From Candidatus Hydrogenedentota bacterium (lineage in GTDB: Bacteria > Hydrogenedentota > Hydrogenedentia > Hydrogenedentales > SLHB01): a stretch of DNA of 26,349 nt. The notes beneath the pieces are model-generated. The model made no database searches. It saw only the letters and a list, made by a program, of their open reading frames with translations, and was not told the DNA's origin. The stretch lies in contig JARKSN010000181.1 of NCBI GenBank assembly GCA_029974275.1, forward strand, positions 1-26,349, in the 5' to 3' direction. This document shows positions 1 through 9,156 of this stretch, in pieces. Both the position numbers and the translations under genes were made by a program. Positions within the stretch are counted from its first letter, which is position 1. Every line of letters starts with the position of its first letter.

Positions 1-50
1 GAGACACAACGTTTGGAACTCGGATCAAAACAAAAAGGAAAACTCGCAGA

Positions 51-440
51 ATGCATGAGCCAATACCGCAGGACGTGGAGGACATCGGATCGCGGGTGTT
101 GGATTGTGCGTTCAAGGTGCATCGTGAGTTGGGATCGGGTCTGTTTGAGTCGGCATATCAGGCGTGTTTGTGTCATGAACTCAGGAAGAGTGGCATCGCG
201 TTCGAGTGCGAGAGGGCTTTGGCGATCACGTACGGCGGCGAACAAATCGACGCCGGCTATCGCCTCGATATCTGGGTCGAGCGGAAGGTCATTCTTGAAT
301 TGAAAGCTGTCGAAAACGTCCTCCCCATCCACCGCGCCCAATTGCTGACTTACCTTCGCCTGTCCGGCAACCGTTTAGGCTTCCTCATCAACTTCAACGT
401 CACCCGCCTCAAAGACGGTATCGAACGCCTTGTACTCTGA
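51..440 (+). CDS. GxxExxY protein (PD-(D/E)XK nuclease superfamily)
   Basis: 129 aa with VHRELGSGLFESAY (GxxExxY), YRLDIWVE..ILELKAVE (D..ExK core), and the typical C-terminal AQLLTYLRL..GFLINFN. AAAGGA upstream of the ATG. Confidence 0.9.
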   Translation: MHEPIPQDVEDIGSRVLDCAFKVHRELGSGLFESAYQACLCHELRKSGIAFECERALAITYGGEQIDAGYRLDIWVERKVILELKAVENVLPIHRAQLLTYLRLSGNRLGFLINFNVTRLKDGIERLVL

Positions 441-535
441 ATCTTATTCTTGATTCTTCCCGTGGCGTTGGATATGGCCTGTTGCGTATGGCATCATGCG
501 GACTATCACGTTGGACATCCGGGAGGAGGCGATAA

Positions 536-1765
536 ATGCTTGATCCGGTATTGCGGAATCCGTGGGTGCGCGCGTTGGGCGTGGTGGCGGCCTTTGTGTT
601 GCTGGGCGCGTTGTGTTATTTGCTCATGCCGGTTCTGACGCCCCTTGCGCTCGCCTTTTTCGCAGCCTACATTCTCGATCCAGTGGTGGATGCTTTTGAA
701 CGCAGACGCGTCCGCCGTCCCTTTACGATTAGCCTTCTGGCGGTCCTTGGCATTGTTGCGGCGCTTGCCGTTCCGTTATACCTGATTCCCAGTTTAATCC
801 ATCAAGCGGATGAACTGGTCCGCGCGGCCGGCGCGTGGGCCGTGAATGCGGCGACCGGGCCAGGGGGGAGCCTTCCGCAGCGGGTTGAATCCGTGCTGCG
901 ATGGCTGCATCTGGAGGAGGTATTGCGCACTGCGGGCTGGATTGCTCCCGATGCCGCCCCGTCGAATCTCTTGGGCGTGATGGCCGAAAAAACGGCCGCG
1001 CTGGTTCGGGCGAACGCAGGGGAAGTCCTGCGCAGTTTCGCCGATGCCGTTTCCTTGGCTGGACGGGCCGCGGGCTACACGGCTGCCGCAGGAGTCAGCG
1101 TGGCGTATGCGGTTCGCAGCGTTGGCGCGTTTTTCATCGATATCGTCGTGTTTCTGGCGAATTTCGCCGTGTTCGCGTTCGTGGCGGGCTATCTGCTCAG
1201 CGATTTCGACGGCATCGTTCGGGGGATCGGCGACCTTGTGCCTCCCCGATGGCGCAACGGCACGTTTCGCCTTTGTCGCCAAGTGGATGCGCAACTCAAA
1301 GGTTTTTTGCGCGGACAACTTGCCGTATGTGCGTGCTTGGGTCTGATGTATGGCGCGGGCCTCACTTTGTCGGGCGTTCCCTTTTCGATTCCCATCGCGT
1401 TGCTTGGCATGGCGGCCGGGTTCATTCCCTACCTGGGGCTTATCCTGACCATGGGGATCGCGGGCGCGCTTACCTTGGTGCAGCACGGGGTGGACGGTCA
1501 TATCGTGGGCGTTCTGGCGACGTTCGCCATTGCGCAGGCCTTGGAGGGGAACGTTCTCACGCCGCGCATCGTCGGCCAAAAGGTCGGCCTGCATCCCGTA
1601 TGGGTAATCCTTGCGGTGCTGGTATTTGGGCAGACCTTTGGTTTTTTGGGTCTCCTGTTGGCCGTGCCGATTGCCGCCGTCCTTAAGGTGTTTGTGACGG
1701 AAGCGCTGAACCGCTATAAACGGTCGGCTTTGTATCGACAGGACGCCCCAGCCGATCGGGAATGA
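536..1765 (+). CDS. AI-2E family transporter (PerM/YhhT-like membrane protein)
   Basis: Hydrophobic 409 aa with AYILDPVV, FLRGQL, FIPYLG, QALEGNVLTPRIVGQKVGLHPVWV and GFLGLLLAVPIAA motifs. GGAGGAGG RBS upstream. Confidence 0.9.
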   Translation: MLDPVLRNPWVRALGVVAAFVLLGALCYLLMPVLTPLALAFFAAYILDPVVDAFERRRVRRPFTISLLAVLGIVAALAVPLYLIPSLIHQADELVRAAGAWAVNAATGPGGSLPQRVESVLRWLHLEEVLRTAGWIAPDAAPSNLLGVMAEKTAALVRANAGEVLRSFADAVSLAGRAAGYTAAAGVSVAYAVRSVGAFFIDIVVFLANFAVFAFVAGYLLSDFDGIVRGIGDLVPPRWRNGTFRLCRQVDAQLKGFLRGQLAVCACLGLMYGAGLTLSGVPFSIPIALLGMAAGFIPYLGLILTMGIAGALTLVQHGVDGHIVGVLATFAIAQALEGNVLTPRIVGQKVGLHPVWVILAVLVFGQTFGFLGLLLAVPIAAVLKVFVTEALNRYKRSALYRQDAPADRE

Positions 1766-2668
1766 TCAGAGGGCGCCCGAAGGCGGCGATGGGGGATCTT
1801 CGGAAGATGGCGAAGCCGTTGGAGCAGGGCGCAGCACGAATCGATGGTAAACTTCAAACCCAATGCCAAACAGCACGTACAGGGCGGCCACGGGAAAGAG
1901 CACGGTCGCGGGAGATTTGTCCATCGCAAACCGCACCAGCGCGAGGGCTGCGGCAAACACGACCAAAAGCCGGAACGCATTGCGCGGAGCCAAGACAAAC
2001 TGCTTCATTTTGTCCTTGGGATAACGGACCGTGCTCACCATGAGATACGCCAATGCCAACGTGAGCGGTCCCAGCGTCCAGAAAGCCACGTTCAGTTCGA
2101 AATAGTGCATGAACAACACAAAAGCCGCAACCGTCCCCCCTGCGGCGGGTATGGGCAGACCGACGAAGTAGTCGCGCATCTCGCTCTGAAACGTATTGTA
2201 CCGCGCCAAGCGAAGCGCCCCGCAAATCACGAAAATGCTCGCAATGACCGCGCCGGTATGGCTATACATCGACTTCATGCCCTTGTCCACGGCGAGATAG
2301 TCGCTATAGATGAGGACGGCCGGCGCGACGCCGAACGACACGACATCGCTCAAGCTATCGAGCTGTTTGCCGAATTCGGACACGCTGTGCGTCATGCGCG
2401 CGACGGAACCGTCGAGCATATCCATGATGATGGCGAGAAGAATGTAGTACGCCGCCTTTGCGTAGTCCCCATTGACTCCTGCAAAAATGCTTGCAACGCC
2501 GAAATACACGTTCAACAACGTGATGGCGCTCGCCAGAACGTTGATGGGATTGCGCGATAGTCTCCTGCGTCTGCGCTTGAAACGGATTCTTTTCATGGCC
2601 TCCCTTGCATCCTCGCGCCTATCCCCTTCGGGTTCAAACGCGGGCTTTTCCTCGTGAAACCGGAACAT
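1766..2668 (-). CDS. pssA: CDP-diacylglycerol--serine O-phosphatidyltransferase
   Basis: CDP-alcohol phosphotransferase motif DMLDGSVARMTHSVSEFGKQLDSLSDVVSFGVAPA, plus ALRLARYN and FVGLPIP. Adjacent to psd. Start could also be 2596. Confidence 0.9.
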   Translation of the reverse strand: MFRFHEEKPAFEPEGDRREDAREAMKRIRFKRRRRRLSRNPINVLASAITLLNVYFGVASIFAGVNGDYAKAAYYILLAIIMDMLDGSVARMTHSVSEFGKQLDSLSDVVSFGVAPAVLIYSDYLAVDKGMKSMYSHTGAVIASIFVICGALRLARYNTFQSEMRDYFVGLPIPAAGGTVAAFVLFMHYFELNVAFWTLGPLTLALAYLMVSTVRYPKDKMKQFVLAPRNAFRLLVVFAAALALVRFAMDKSPATVLFPVAALYVLFGIGFEVYHRFVLRPAPTASPSSEDPPSPPSGAL

Positions 2669-2680
2669 GGCCTCAGATAT

Positions 2681-3331
2681 CTACCTCATGCGGGCGATGC
2701 ACGTCGCGCCCGCGCGAACCTTCTCGCGCATCGCGACCACGATCTCGGCAGTCGGAGCCAAATACAACTCGGTGCGCGATCCGAACTTGATCATGCCGAA
2801 TTTCTGCCCCTTGGCGAGCGTGTCGCCCGCCGAAGCCGCGCATACGATGCGCCGCGCAATCAATCCGGATATCTGCCGAACGGTCATGAGCCCATGCTGC
2901 GTGTCGAGGCGCACCGTGTTCGACTCGTTGCGCTCGGAACTCGCCGGGTTCATCGCATTCAAGAATTGGCCCGGCTTGTAGTCGATGCTGCGCACGGATC
3001 CGGAGAATGGCGCGCGGTTGACGTGCACATTGAACACCGAAAGAAAAATCGAGACGCGGATGCAGGGACCGTCATAATGCGGACTGTCCTCTAGCGGATC
3101 GATGCCGACAATCGTGCCATCCGCGGGGCTCACCACCTCATTCTCCGCCGCGGTGATCGCGCGAACAGGGTCGCGAAAAAAGAAAAGGATATAAAGGCCG
3201 AACAGGATGACGAGTCCCCCAGCCCAAGAAACCCATCCGCCATCTCCAAAATTCAGGAAAACAAGTCCACACACCACCACCGGCGCGTAATAGGGGGCGC
3301 CTTGCCGCCATGCACTGAACGGTTGCTTCAC
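2681..3331 (-). CDS. psd: Phosphatidylserine decarboxylase proenzyme (short type)
   Basis: FFFRDP, VSPADG, SIFLSVFNVHVNRAP and the self-cleavage motif KFGSRTEL. Its GTG start overlaps the radC stop. Confidence 0.92.
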   Translation of the reverse strand: MKQPFSAWRQGAPYYAPVVVCGLVFLNFGDGGWVSWAGGLVILFGLYILFFFRDPVRAITAAENEVVSPADGTIVGIDPLEDSPHYDGPCIRVSIFLSVFNVHVNRAPFSGSVRSIDYKPGQFLNAMNPASSERNESNTVRLDTQHGLMTVRQISGLIARRIVCAASAGDTLAKGQKFGMIKFGSRTELYLAPTAEIVVAMREKVRAGATCIARMR

Positions 3332-4023
3332 ATCAAACCTCTTTCCTTCAGACTCACAAATCGTCCATCGCCGAAGACGATATGGTCAAGCATGCGCAAG
3401 CCGAGAATATCCGCCGCCTGCGACAAGCGCTTGGTCAAATCCACATCCTCCCTGCTCGGCTCCGGATCGCCGCTCGGATGGTTATGACATACAATCACGC
3501 CGCCCGCGCCGTCGCGAATCGCCATGCGAAACACATCACGCGGCATCGCCAGAGTGGCGTCGAGGCCGCCGCTCGCTACATCAACGACGCGCTGAACCTC
3601 GTTCTTTGCGTTAAGCAGCAAGCACTTGAACTGTTCCGTCTCGCATTCCTTGAACGGCACCATGAGGAGCCGGACGACATCCTCGGCGCTCTTGATGCGC
3701 GGCCGCTGATTTTCTGTGTGAACGGCCAATCGCTTTCCCAACTCGAGGGCGGCCTTGATCTCAATTGCCTTGACCCCGCCCAAACCCTTGACCTGTTGGA
3801 GTTCCTCCAGCGAGGCTTGACCAAGCCGCCGCAAGCCGCCGAAATGCCCCACCACCTTGTCCGCAAGCGCCACCGCGCCATATTCGCGCGTGCCGGTGCG
3901 AAACAAGACCGCAATCAATTCCGCATCGCGCAACGCCTCCGGCCCGAGACGCTTCAGCCGCTCCCGGGGCCTCTCCTCGGGCGGCAATTCGCGCATGGCG
4001 GAAACCCATGTCTGTTGCTTCAC
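3328..4023 (-). CDS. radC: RadC family JAB/MPN-domain protein
   Basis: ERPRERL N-terminus, HhH-like VKGLGGVKA, JAMM motif HNHPSGDPEPSRED, LDHIVFG. GTG start at 4023 chosen because AAGAGGGG lies 9 nt upstream. Confidence 0.92.
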   Translation of the reverse strand: MKQQTWVSAMRELPPEERPRERLKRLGPEALRDAELIAVLFRTGTREYGAVALADKVVGHFGGLRRLGQASLEELQQVKGLGGVKAIEIKAALELGKRLAVHTENQRPRIKSAEDVVRLLMVPFKECETEQFKCLLLNAKNEVQRVVDVASGGLDATLAMPRDVFRMAIRDGAGGVIVCHNHPSGDPEPSREDVDLTKRLSQAADILGLRMLDHIVFGDGRFVSLKERGLM

Positions 4024-4155
4024 CTTGGCAGGCCCCTCTTCACAATGCACTCCGCAAGAAACACGCCGTCATATTGCCGCATCACGCCGCTAAACGCAAA
4101 CCCTTCGCGCACGAAAAGGACTCGTTTTCCAAGAAGGCGCATTGCGGAACGGCTG

Positions 4156-5823
4156 CTATGCCGAGGCTTCCTTAAGAAGCGCGCGAGCGTGACGCATGCT
4201 AAGATCGGAGACAGATCCGTCCAGAAGGCGCGCGAGCTCGCCGACGCGCTGGTCCTTGTCGATGCGCGCGAGGGTTGTGGCCGTACGCCCGTTTTGCGCC
4301 AGCTTTGCGACATGATAATGAGCCTTTGCCGCAGCGGCGATTTGGGCAAGGTGCGTGACGCAGAGGACCTGGTGCGATTGCGCCAAGTCGCGCAGTTTCT
4401 TTGCGACCTGGACGGCCACCCCGCCGCCCACGCCCGCGTCGATCTCGTCGAAGATGAGCGAGGGAATCTTGTCGGCGCCCGCAAACACCGCCTTGAGCGC
4501 AAGCATGACACGGGACATCTCGCCTCCAGACGCCACGAGCCGCAGCGGTTTAGGCTTTTCGCCGGGATTCGCGGCAAGCATGAACTCAATTCTGTCGATG
4601 CCGTTCGCACATAGTTCGACGGGTTCAACGCGCGTCTGAAATTTCCCGCCCTTCATCCCAAGTTCCTGCAGGTTCGCAGAGACTTTCTTGTCGAGGGTGC
4701 GCGCCGCAGCGATGCGTTTCCGCGAGGTCTCCTGCGCCTGTTGCACAAGATCATTCTGGAGCAGGCTTCGAGCGCGGCGCATGTCGGCAAGTTTTTCGTC
4801 GCGCTTTTCGTACGACTCGACCTCTTGGATTGCCTTGTCGCGATACTCCAGGATCGCATCGATGGAGTCGCCATACTTGCGCTTAAGGGCCCCAATCTGC
4901 GCGATCCGCTGGTTGAGCGTTTCGAGTTCGGCCGCATCGAATTCGATCCGATCGGAAAACCCGCGCACCTCGGAACTCGCCTCTTCGATCGTGGCGCGCG
5001 CCGACAAAAGCTGTTGGCAAACAGCCCCAAACGATTCATCCATCGCCGCCAATTCTTCCAGGCTGCGCGCGGCCGCGTCGATGAGGTCGATTGCCGCGGC
5101 CCCGTCCAAGTCATAGAGCGAGGCATAGGCCGCCGAGGCAAGGTTGCATATCTTTTCAGCGTTGGTGATGAGATTGCGGCGCGTCCGCAGAGTCTCTTCT
5201 TCGCCCGGCGCAAGGCCCGCCGCGTCGATCTCGCCGATCTCGAAACGAAGGAACTCGACGCGCCGCGCCCGTTCCCGATCATCCGTCTCCAACGCGGCGA
5301 TGGCGCGGTCCATTTCGCGCAAATGCGCAACGCCGTTGGCGATATCGGCCACGTCCTTTTCAACGTCGGCGTATGCGTCGAGAAGATCGAGTTGGCGGTC
5401 TATCTTCATGAGCGATTGGTGTTCGTGCTGGCCGTGGATGTCGACGAGTTCATCGCCGATGGCCGCAAGTGCCGAGATAGGCACAAGGCTTCCATTCACA
5501 TAGGCGCGGCTGCGACCGTCCGGAGCGATCGTTCGCGTCAAGAGGAGCTCGCCCCGTTCAATCTCGATGGCGTTTTCCGCGAGAAGCGCCGCCAGACGTC
5601 GTGATGGCGACTCGATGCGAAACACCGCGTCCACGCCAGCTTTTGCGGAACCATCGCGCACCGTATCCGCGGAAGCGCGCGCGCCCAGCGCCAGATTGAG
5701 CGCGCCGATGATGATCGACTTTCCGGCTCCGGTTTCCCCCGTCAATACGTTAAAACCCTGCGAGAAATCGACCTCGAGTTGATCGATGAGCGCGTAATTT
5801 GTTATCCGAAGCGTCTCGAGCAT
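4156..5823 (-). CDS. recN: DNA repair protein RecN
   Basis: MLETLRITNYALID, Walker A TGETGAGKS, IHGQHEHQ, coiled coil, ASGGEMSR signature, IFDEIDAGVGG, VTHLAQIAA. ATG at 5823 with GAGGGG RBS. Confidence 0.95.
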   Translation of the reverse strand: MLETLRITNYALIDQLEVDFSQGFNVLTGETGAGKSIIIGALNLALGARASADTVRDGSAKAGVDAVFRIESPSRRLAALLAENAIEIERGELLLTRTIAPDGRSRAYVNGSLVPISALAAIGDELVDIHGQHEHQSLMKIDRQLDLLDAYADVEKDVADIANGVAHLREMDRAIAALETDDRERARRVEFLRFEIGEIDAAGLAPGEEETLRTRRNLITNAEKICNLASAAYASLYDLDGAAAIDLIDAAARSLEELAAMDESFGAVCQQLLSARATIEEASSEVRGFSDRIEFDAAELETLNQRIAQIGALKRKYGDSIDAILEYRDKAIQEVESYEKRDEKLADMRRARSLLQNDLVQQAQETSRKRIAAARTLDKKVSANLQELGMKGGKFQTRVEPVELCANGIDRIEFMLAANPGEKPKPLRLVASGGEMSRVMLALKAVFAGADKIPSLIFDEIDAGVGGGVAVQVAKKLRDLAQSHQVLCVTHLAQIAAAAKAHYHVAKLAQNGRTATTLARIDKDQRVGELARLLDGSVSDLSMRHARALLKEASA

Positions 5824-5860
5824 TCCAGTCCACCCCTCGACAAATAGCCAACGCGGCACG

Positions 5861-5869
5861 ATTGTAGCA
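5861..5869 (-). promoter_or_regulatory. Candidate extended -10 promoter for recN
   Basis: Minus strand reads TGcTACAAT about 38 nt upstream of the recN ATG. No convincing -35. Confidence 0.4.
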
Positions 5870-5902
5870 TGAACCGGAAGGCGCGACACAAAGGCGCCGC
5901 CA

Positions 5903-6652
5903 TCAAGTTTTGCTCTGTATGCTCTGTAGACGCAGGTGCGCGAGGAACTCTTTGTTGCCTGCGGGTCCCAGCAAGGGAGAAGGGACGACGCCCAGGGGCG
6001 TAAATCCGAGCCCCTCGGCTGCGGCGATCACCTCTTGGATAACCTGTTCATGCACGCTTGGATCGCGCACGACCCCGCCCTTGCCGACGAGGTTGCGGCC
6101 CGCCTCGAATTGGGGCTTGATAAGCACGATTCCTTCCGCGCCTGGCGCCAACAGATCGCGCAAAGGAGGCAGTACGAGACGTAGAGAGATGAAGGAGCAG
6201 TCCGCAACAAAAAGATTGGGCTGTTCGGGCAGACTATCGGGCGTTACGGCGCGGATATTGGTGCGCTCCATCACGACGACGCGCGGGTCTTGCCGCAGTC
6301 TCCACGCCAACTGGCCATAGCCGACGTCGACGGCATACACCCGCGCCGCGCCGCGCTGCAGCAGGCAATCGGTGAAACCGCCCGTCGACGCGCCGACATC
6401 GATCGCGATGGCCGCTTCGACGCAAACCGGGAAGGACTCCAACGCCGCTTCGAGTTTCTCGCCGCCCCGGCTCACGAACCGCGCATCGTCGCGAATTTCC
6501 AGCGCGGCATGGACATCGAGACGCGCGCCGGGCTTGTCGAGCTTTTGGCCGTCCTGGCCGAACACCCTCCCGGTCTGAATGAGTCCTTGCGCATGCGATC
6601 GGGTTACGCCGAGCCGGCGCTGAACCAATATGTCGAGACGTTCTCTGTCCAC
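5903..6652 (-). CDS. tlyA: TlyA family rRNA methyltransferase (S4 + FtsJ-like domains)
   Basis: ERLDILV, FVSRGGEKL, DVGASTGGFTDCLLQRGA, DVGYGQL, DCSFISL, LIKPQFEAG, GPAGNKEFL. Confidence 0.93.
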   Translation of the reverse strand: MDRERLDILVQRRLGVTRSHAQGLIQTGRVFGQDGQKLDKPGARLDVHAALEIRDDARFVSRGGEKLEAALESFPVCVEAAIAIDVGASTGGFTDCLLQRGAARVYAVDVGYGQLAWRLRQDPRVVVMERTNIRAVTPDSLPEQPNLFVADCSFISLRLVLPPLRDLLAPGAEGIVLIKPQFEAGRNLVGKGGVVRDPSVHEQVIQEVIAAAEGLGFTPLGVVPSPLLGPAGNKEFLAHLRLQSIQSKT

Positions 6653-6761
6653 GCGTGCGGGTTCTCGCTACTATCGGCAAAGAGCCTGCGCTGCCCAGTG
6701 CCCTAACTGTCCTGAAAAGAGAACGAAAACAATTAGTTTCAAAGGAAGTGGGCGAAGAAGG

Positions 6762-7238
6762 TCATGCTTTGTTCACCAGCGCCACGGCCTGCGCGCTGAT
6801 GGCTTCGCCACGCCCTTCCGGTCCGACTTCCTCGTTCGTCTTGGCCTTCACGGAGACGCGATCCACGGGAAGTCCCAGGCACGCGGCGATGTTTTGCCGC
6901 ATGCTGTCGATATGCGGGTTCAGTTTCGGACGCTGCGCCACAATGTTCGCGTCCACGTTCACGATCGCGTATCCCGCCCCGCGCAACATGGCCGCGGCCT
7001 CAGCGAGAAGCCGCAGACTGTCCGCGTCCTTGTATGCCGAGTCCGTGTCGGGAAAATGCTGGCCAATATTGCCCAAGGCCGCCGCTCCCAACAACGCATC
7101 CGTGATCGCGTGCGCCAACACATCCGCATCGGAGTGACCGAACAGCCCCTTCTCCCACGGCACCATGACGCCGCCGAGAATGAGCGGCCGCCCCTCGACA
7201 AGGCGATGGAGATCATAGCCAAGTCCCACGCGCATCAT
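6762..7238 (-). CDS. ispF: 2-C-methyl-D-erythritol 2,4-cyclodiphosphate synthase
   Basis: [49 protein letters not shown] overlap with the ispD stop. Confidence 0.95.
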   Translation of the reverse strand: MMRVGLGYDLHRLVEGRPLILGGVMVPWEKGLFGHSDADVLAHAITDALLGAAALGNIGQHFPDTDSAYKDADSLRLLAEAAAMLRGAGYAIVNVDANIVAQRPKLNPHIDSMRQNIAACLGLPVDRVSVKAKTNEEVGPEGRGEAISAQAVALVNKA

Positions 7239-7924
7239 GCCAGCCCCCCCTCGATGACGCAGCGCGCGAGGGCTAGATCGCCCGGCGCGGTCACTTTGAA
7301 ATTCAGCGGCGTTCCGCGCACCAACTTCACCGCGCCGCCGACCCGCCGCACCAACGTGGCGTCGTCCGTCGAGACGAATTCCTCGCGTCGTGCAATTTCG
7401 TGCGCCTTGCGAATGACATCCACCCGGAAGGTCTGTGGCGTTTGGCAGGCCCATAGAATAGAGCGATCCGGCGTGTTGCACAGGAAATCGTCGCTCTCCG
7501 CTTCGAGGATGGTGTCGTTGCAGGGAATGGCCACGGTCGCGGCGCCATAGGCGATTGCCGCATCGATAGACGCGTGGATGGATGCGACGGCGACAAACGG
7601 ACGCGCCGCATCATGGATGACCACAATGTCCGTATCCGCGTCCAAGGCATGCAACCCGTTTTCGACGGAATCCTGCCGTTCGGCTCCTCCATCGATAAGC
7701 GAGAAGGGCGTTCCCGGAAACGCGGACGCGAGGACGTTGCGGAACTCGGACGCGTATGCCCCGGGGATGGTTACGACAGCGCCGGGAAGCAGCCCAAGTC
7801 CGGAGAACGCGCGCAACGTGCGCACAAGCATCGGTTCGCCGCACAAATCCGTGAGGGCCTTGGGGCCCTGCGCGCCTAAACGCTGGCCCATGCCCGCCGC
7901 GGGAATGAGCAGTTGCGTTTTCAC
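7235..7924 (-). CDS. ispD: 2-C-methyl-D-erythritol 4-phosphate cytidylyltransferase
   Basis: [46 protein letters not shown]. Overlaps both the PIN/TRAM gene and ispF by 4 nt. Confidence 0.95.
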   Translation of the reverse strand: MKTQLLIPAAGMGQRLGAQGPKALTDLCGEPMLVRTLRAFSGLGLLPGAVVTIPGAYASEFRNVLASAFPGTPFSLIDGGAERQDSVENGLHALDADTDIVVIHDAARPFVAVASIHASIDAAIAYGAATVAIPCNDTILEAESDDFLCNTPDRSILWACQTPQTFRVDVIRKAHEIARREEFVSTDDATLVRRVGGAVKLVRGTPLNFKVTAPGDLALARCVIEGGLA

Positions 7925-9018
7925 GATAAAACGTTCTGCAATCGGGTGAAAATCATGCGCCCGGCTGTCGTCTGCAGCACGCTCGTCACGAGCACGGAAA
8001 CATCCCGACCTACATAGTCGCGGCCGCCATCGACAACGACCATCGTGCCATCGTCAAGATATCCAACCCCTTGGAATGCCTCCTTGCCTTCCTTGACGAC
8101 CCGCACCTGCATGCGTTCATCAGGCAACACGGCCGGCTTCAGCGCATTGGCAAGATCGTTGATGTTGAGCACTTTGACGCCTTCGATCTGAGCCACCTTG
8201 TTCAGATTCAAGTCGTTGGTGAGAATCTTGGCGTTGAAATCGCGCGCCAGCCGGACCAGTTTGCTGTCCACCTCGCGGATATCGACCGGATCGTCTTCCA
8301 CCACGCGCACCGTGACGTTGCTCGAAGGGTCCTGCAACTGCTTCAAGATATCCAGCCCCCTGCGTCCGCGCGCCCGCCGCAACTCGTCGGGAGAATCGGC
8401 GATCCGCTGCAGTTCCTGCAGGACGAAACGCGGGATAATCAGCGTTCCCTCGATGAAACCGGTGTGGCATATCTCGACCAAGCGTCCGTCGATGATAACG
8501 CTGGTGTCGATGATCTTGGAATTGGCGACGACGACTTCGCGCCGCTGAACGGCCTTCATCAGGGATTCCCAACTGGTGGCGCGCGTAAGACCCAGCGAGA
8601 TGCCCATGAATCCGAAAACGAGCACCAGCGTCGTTGTCAAAAACACTTGCGCCGTGACGTCGGCGCTCTGCCAGAATACCGTGATGTATCGCGACAGAAG
8701 ATACCCGACCACCATGGCAAGCGCGATAAAAATGAGAGCGGGGGAGAGGCGCTCGAACATTTCCTGCGTCACGGTGTTGAGCAGCAACAGAATGCCGATG
8801 GAAAGAATGGCCCCCGCAATGCCGCCCAAGATCATCCACGGACGCGCATCAAACGGCTGCGGAGGGGGCTGCTGCATGGAAGACGAAGAACCGCTCGAAG
8901 ATTTCTGATACGTCGTAACGCTCTTCTCGTACTTTAGATCAACGACATAGTTGGCCCACAACCCTCCCATGAGGATGCACGCGGCCACGAAAAAAATGCT
9001 GATAGTTTTGTATAACAT
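7921..9018 (-). CDS. Membrane-anchored PIN/TRAM domain protein (YacL-like)
   Basis: N-terminal TM helices; PIN domain IIDTSVIIDGR..FVLQELQRIADS..RGRRGLDIL..TNDLNLNKVA; TRAM domain KEGKEAFQGVGYLDDGTMVVV..QTTAGRMIF. GGAGG 8 nt before ATG 9018. yacL-ispD-ispF is a known gene order. Confidence 0.9.
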   Translation of the reverse strand: MLYKTISIFFVAACILMGGLWANYVVDLKYEKSVTTYQKSSSGSSSSMQQPPPQPFDARPWMILGGIAGAILSIGILLLLNTVTQEMFERLSPALIFIALAMVVGYLLSRYITVFWQSADVTAQVFLTTTLVLVFGFMGISLGLTRATSWESLMKAVQRREVVVANSKIIDTSVIIDGRLVEICHTGFIEGTLIIPRFVLQELQRIADSPDELRRARGRRGLDILKQLQDPSSNVTVRVVEDDPVDIREVDSKLVRLARDFNAKILTNDLNLNKVAQIEGVKVLNINDLANALKPAVLPDERMQVRVVKEGKEAFQGVGYLDDGTMVVVDGGRDYVGRDVSVLVTSVLQTTAGRMIFTRLQNVLS

Positions 9019-9156
9019 CGACAAGGCCTCCTAAGAACACGATGATAAAACATGAAACGCGAGAAAACGGTGCTAGATGAAACAGGCATAATGCGCCTCG
9101 CTCGATATGCATGCCTCCGTCATTCAACTGTATCATTCCCGCAAAGACGCCGCGGC

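Noticed and set aside
5824..5902. LexA/SOS box upstream of recN
   Set aside because: No CTGT-N8-ACAG or GAAC-N4-GTTC match found.
7244..7250. G7 tract at the ispD end as a phase-variation site
   Set aside because: Short, and explained as the ispF Shine-Dalgarno region plus Gly codons.
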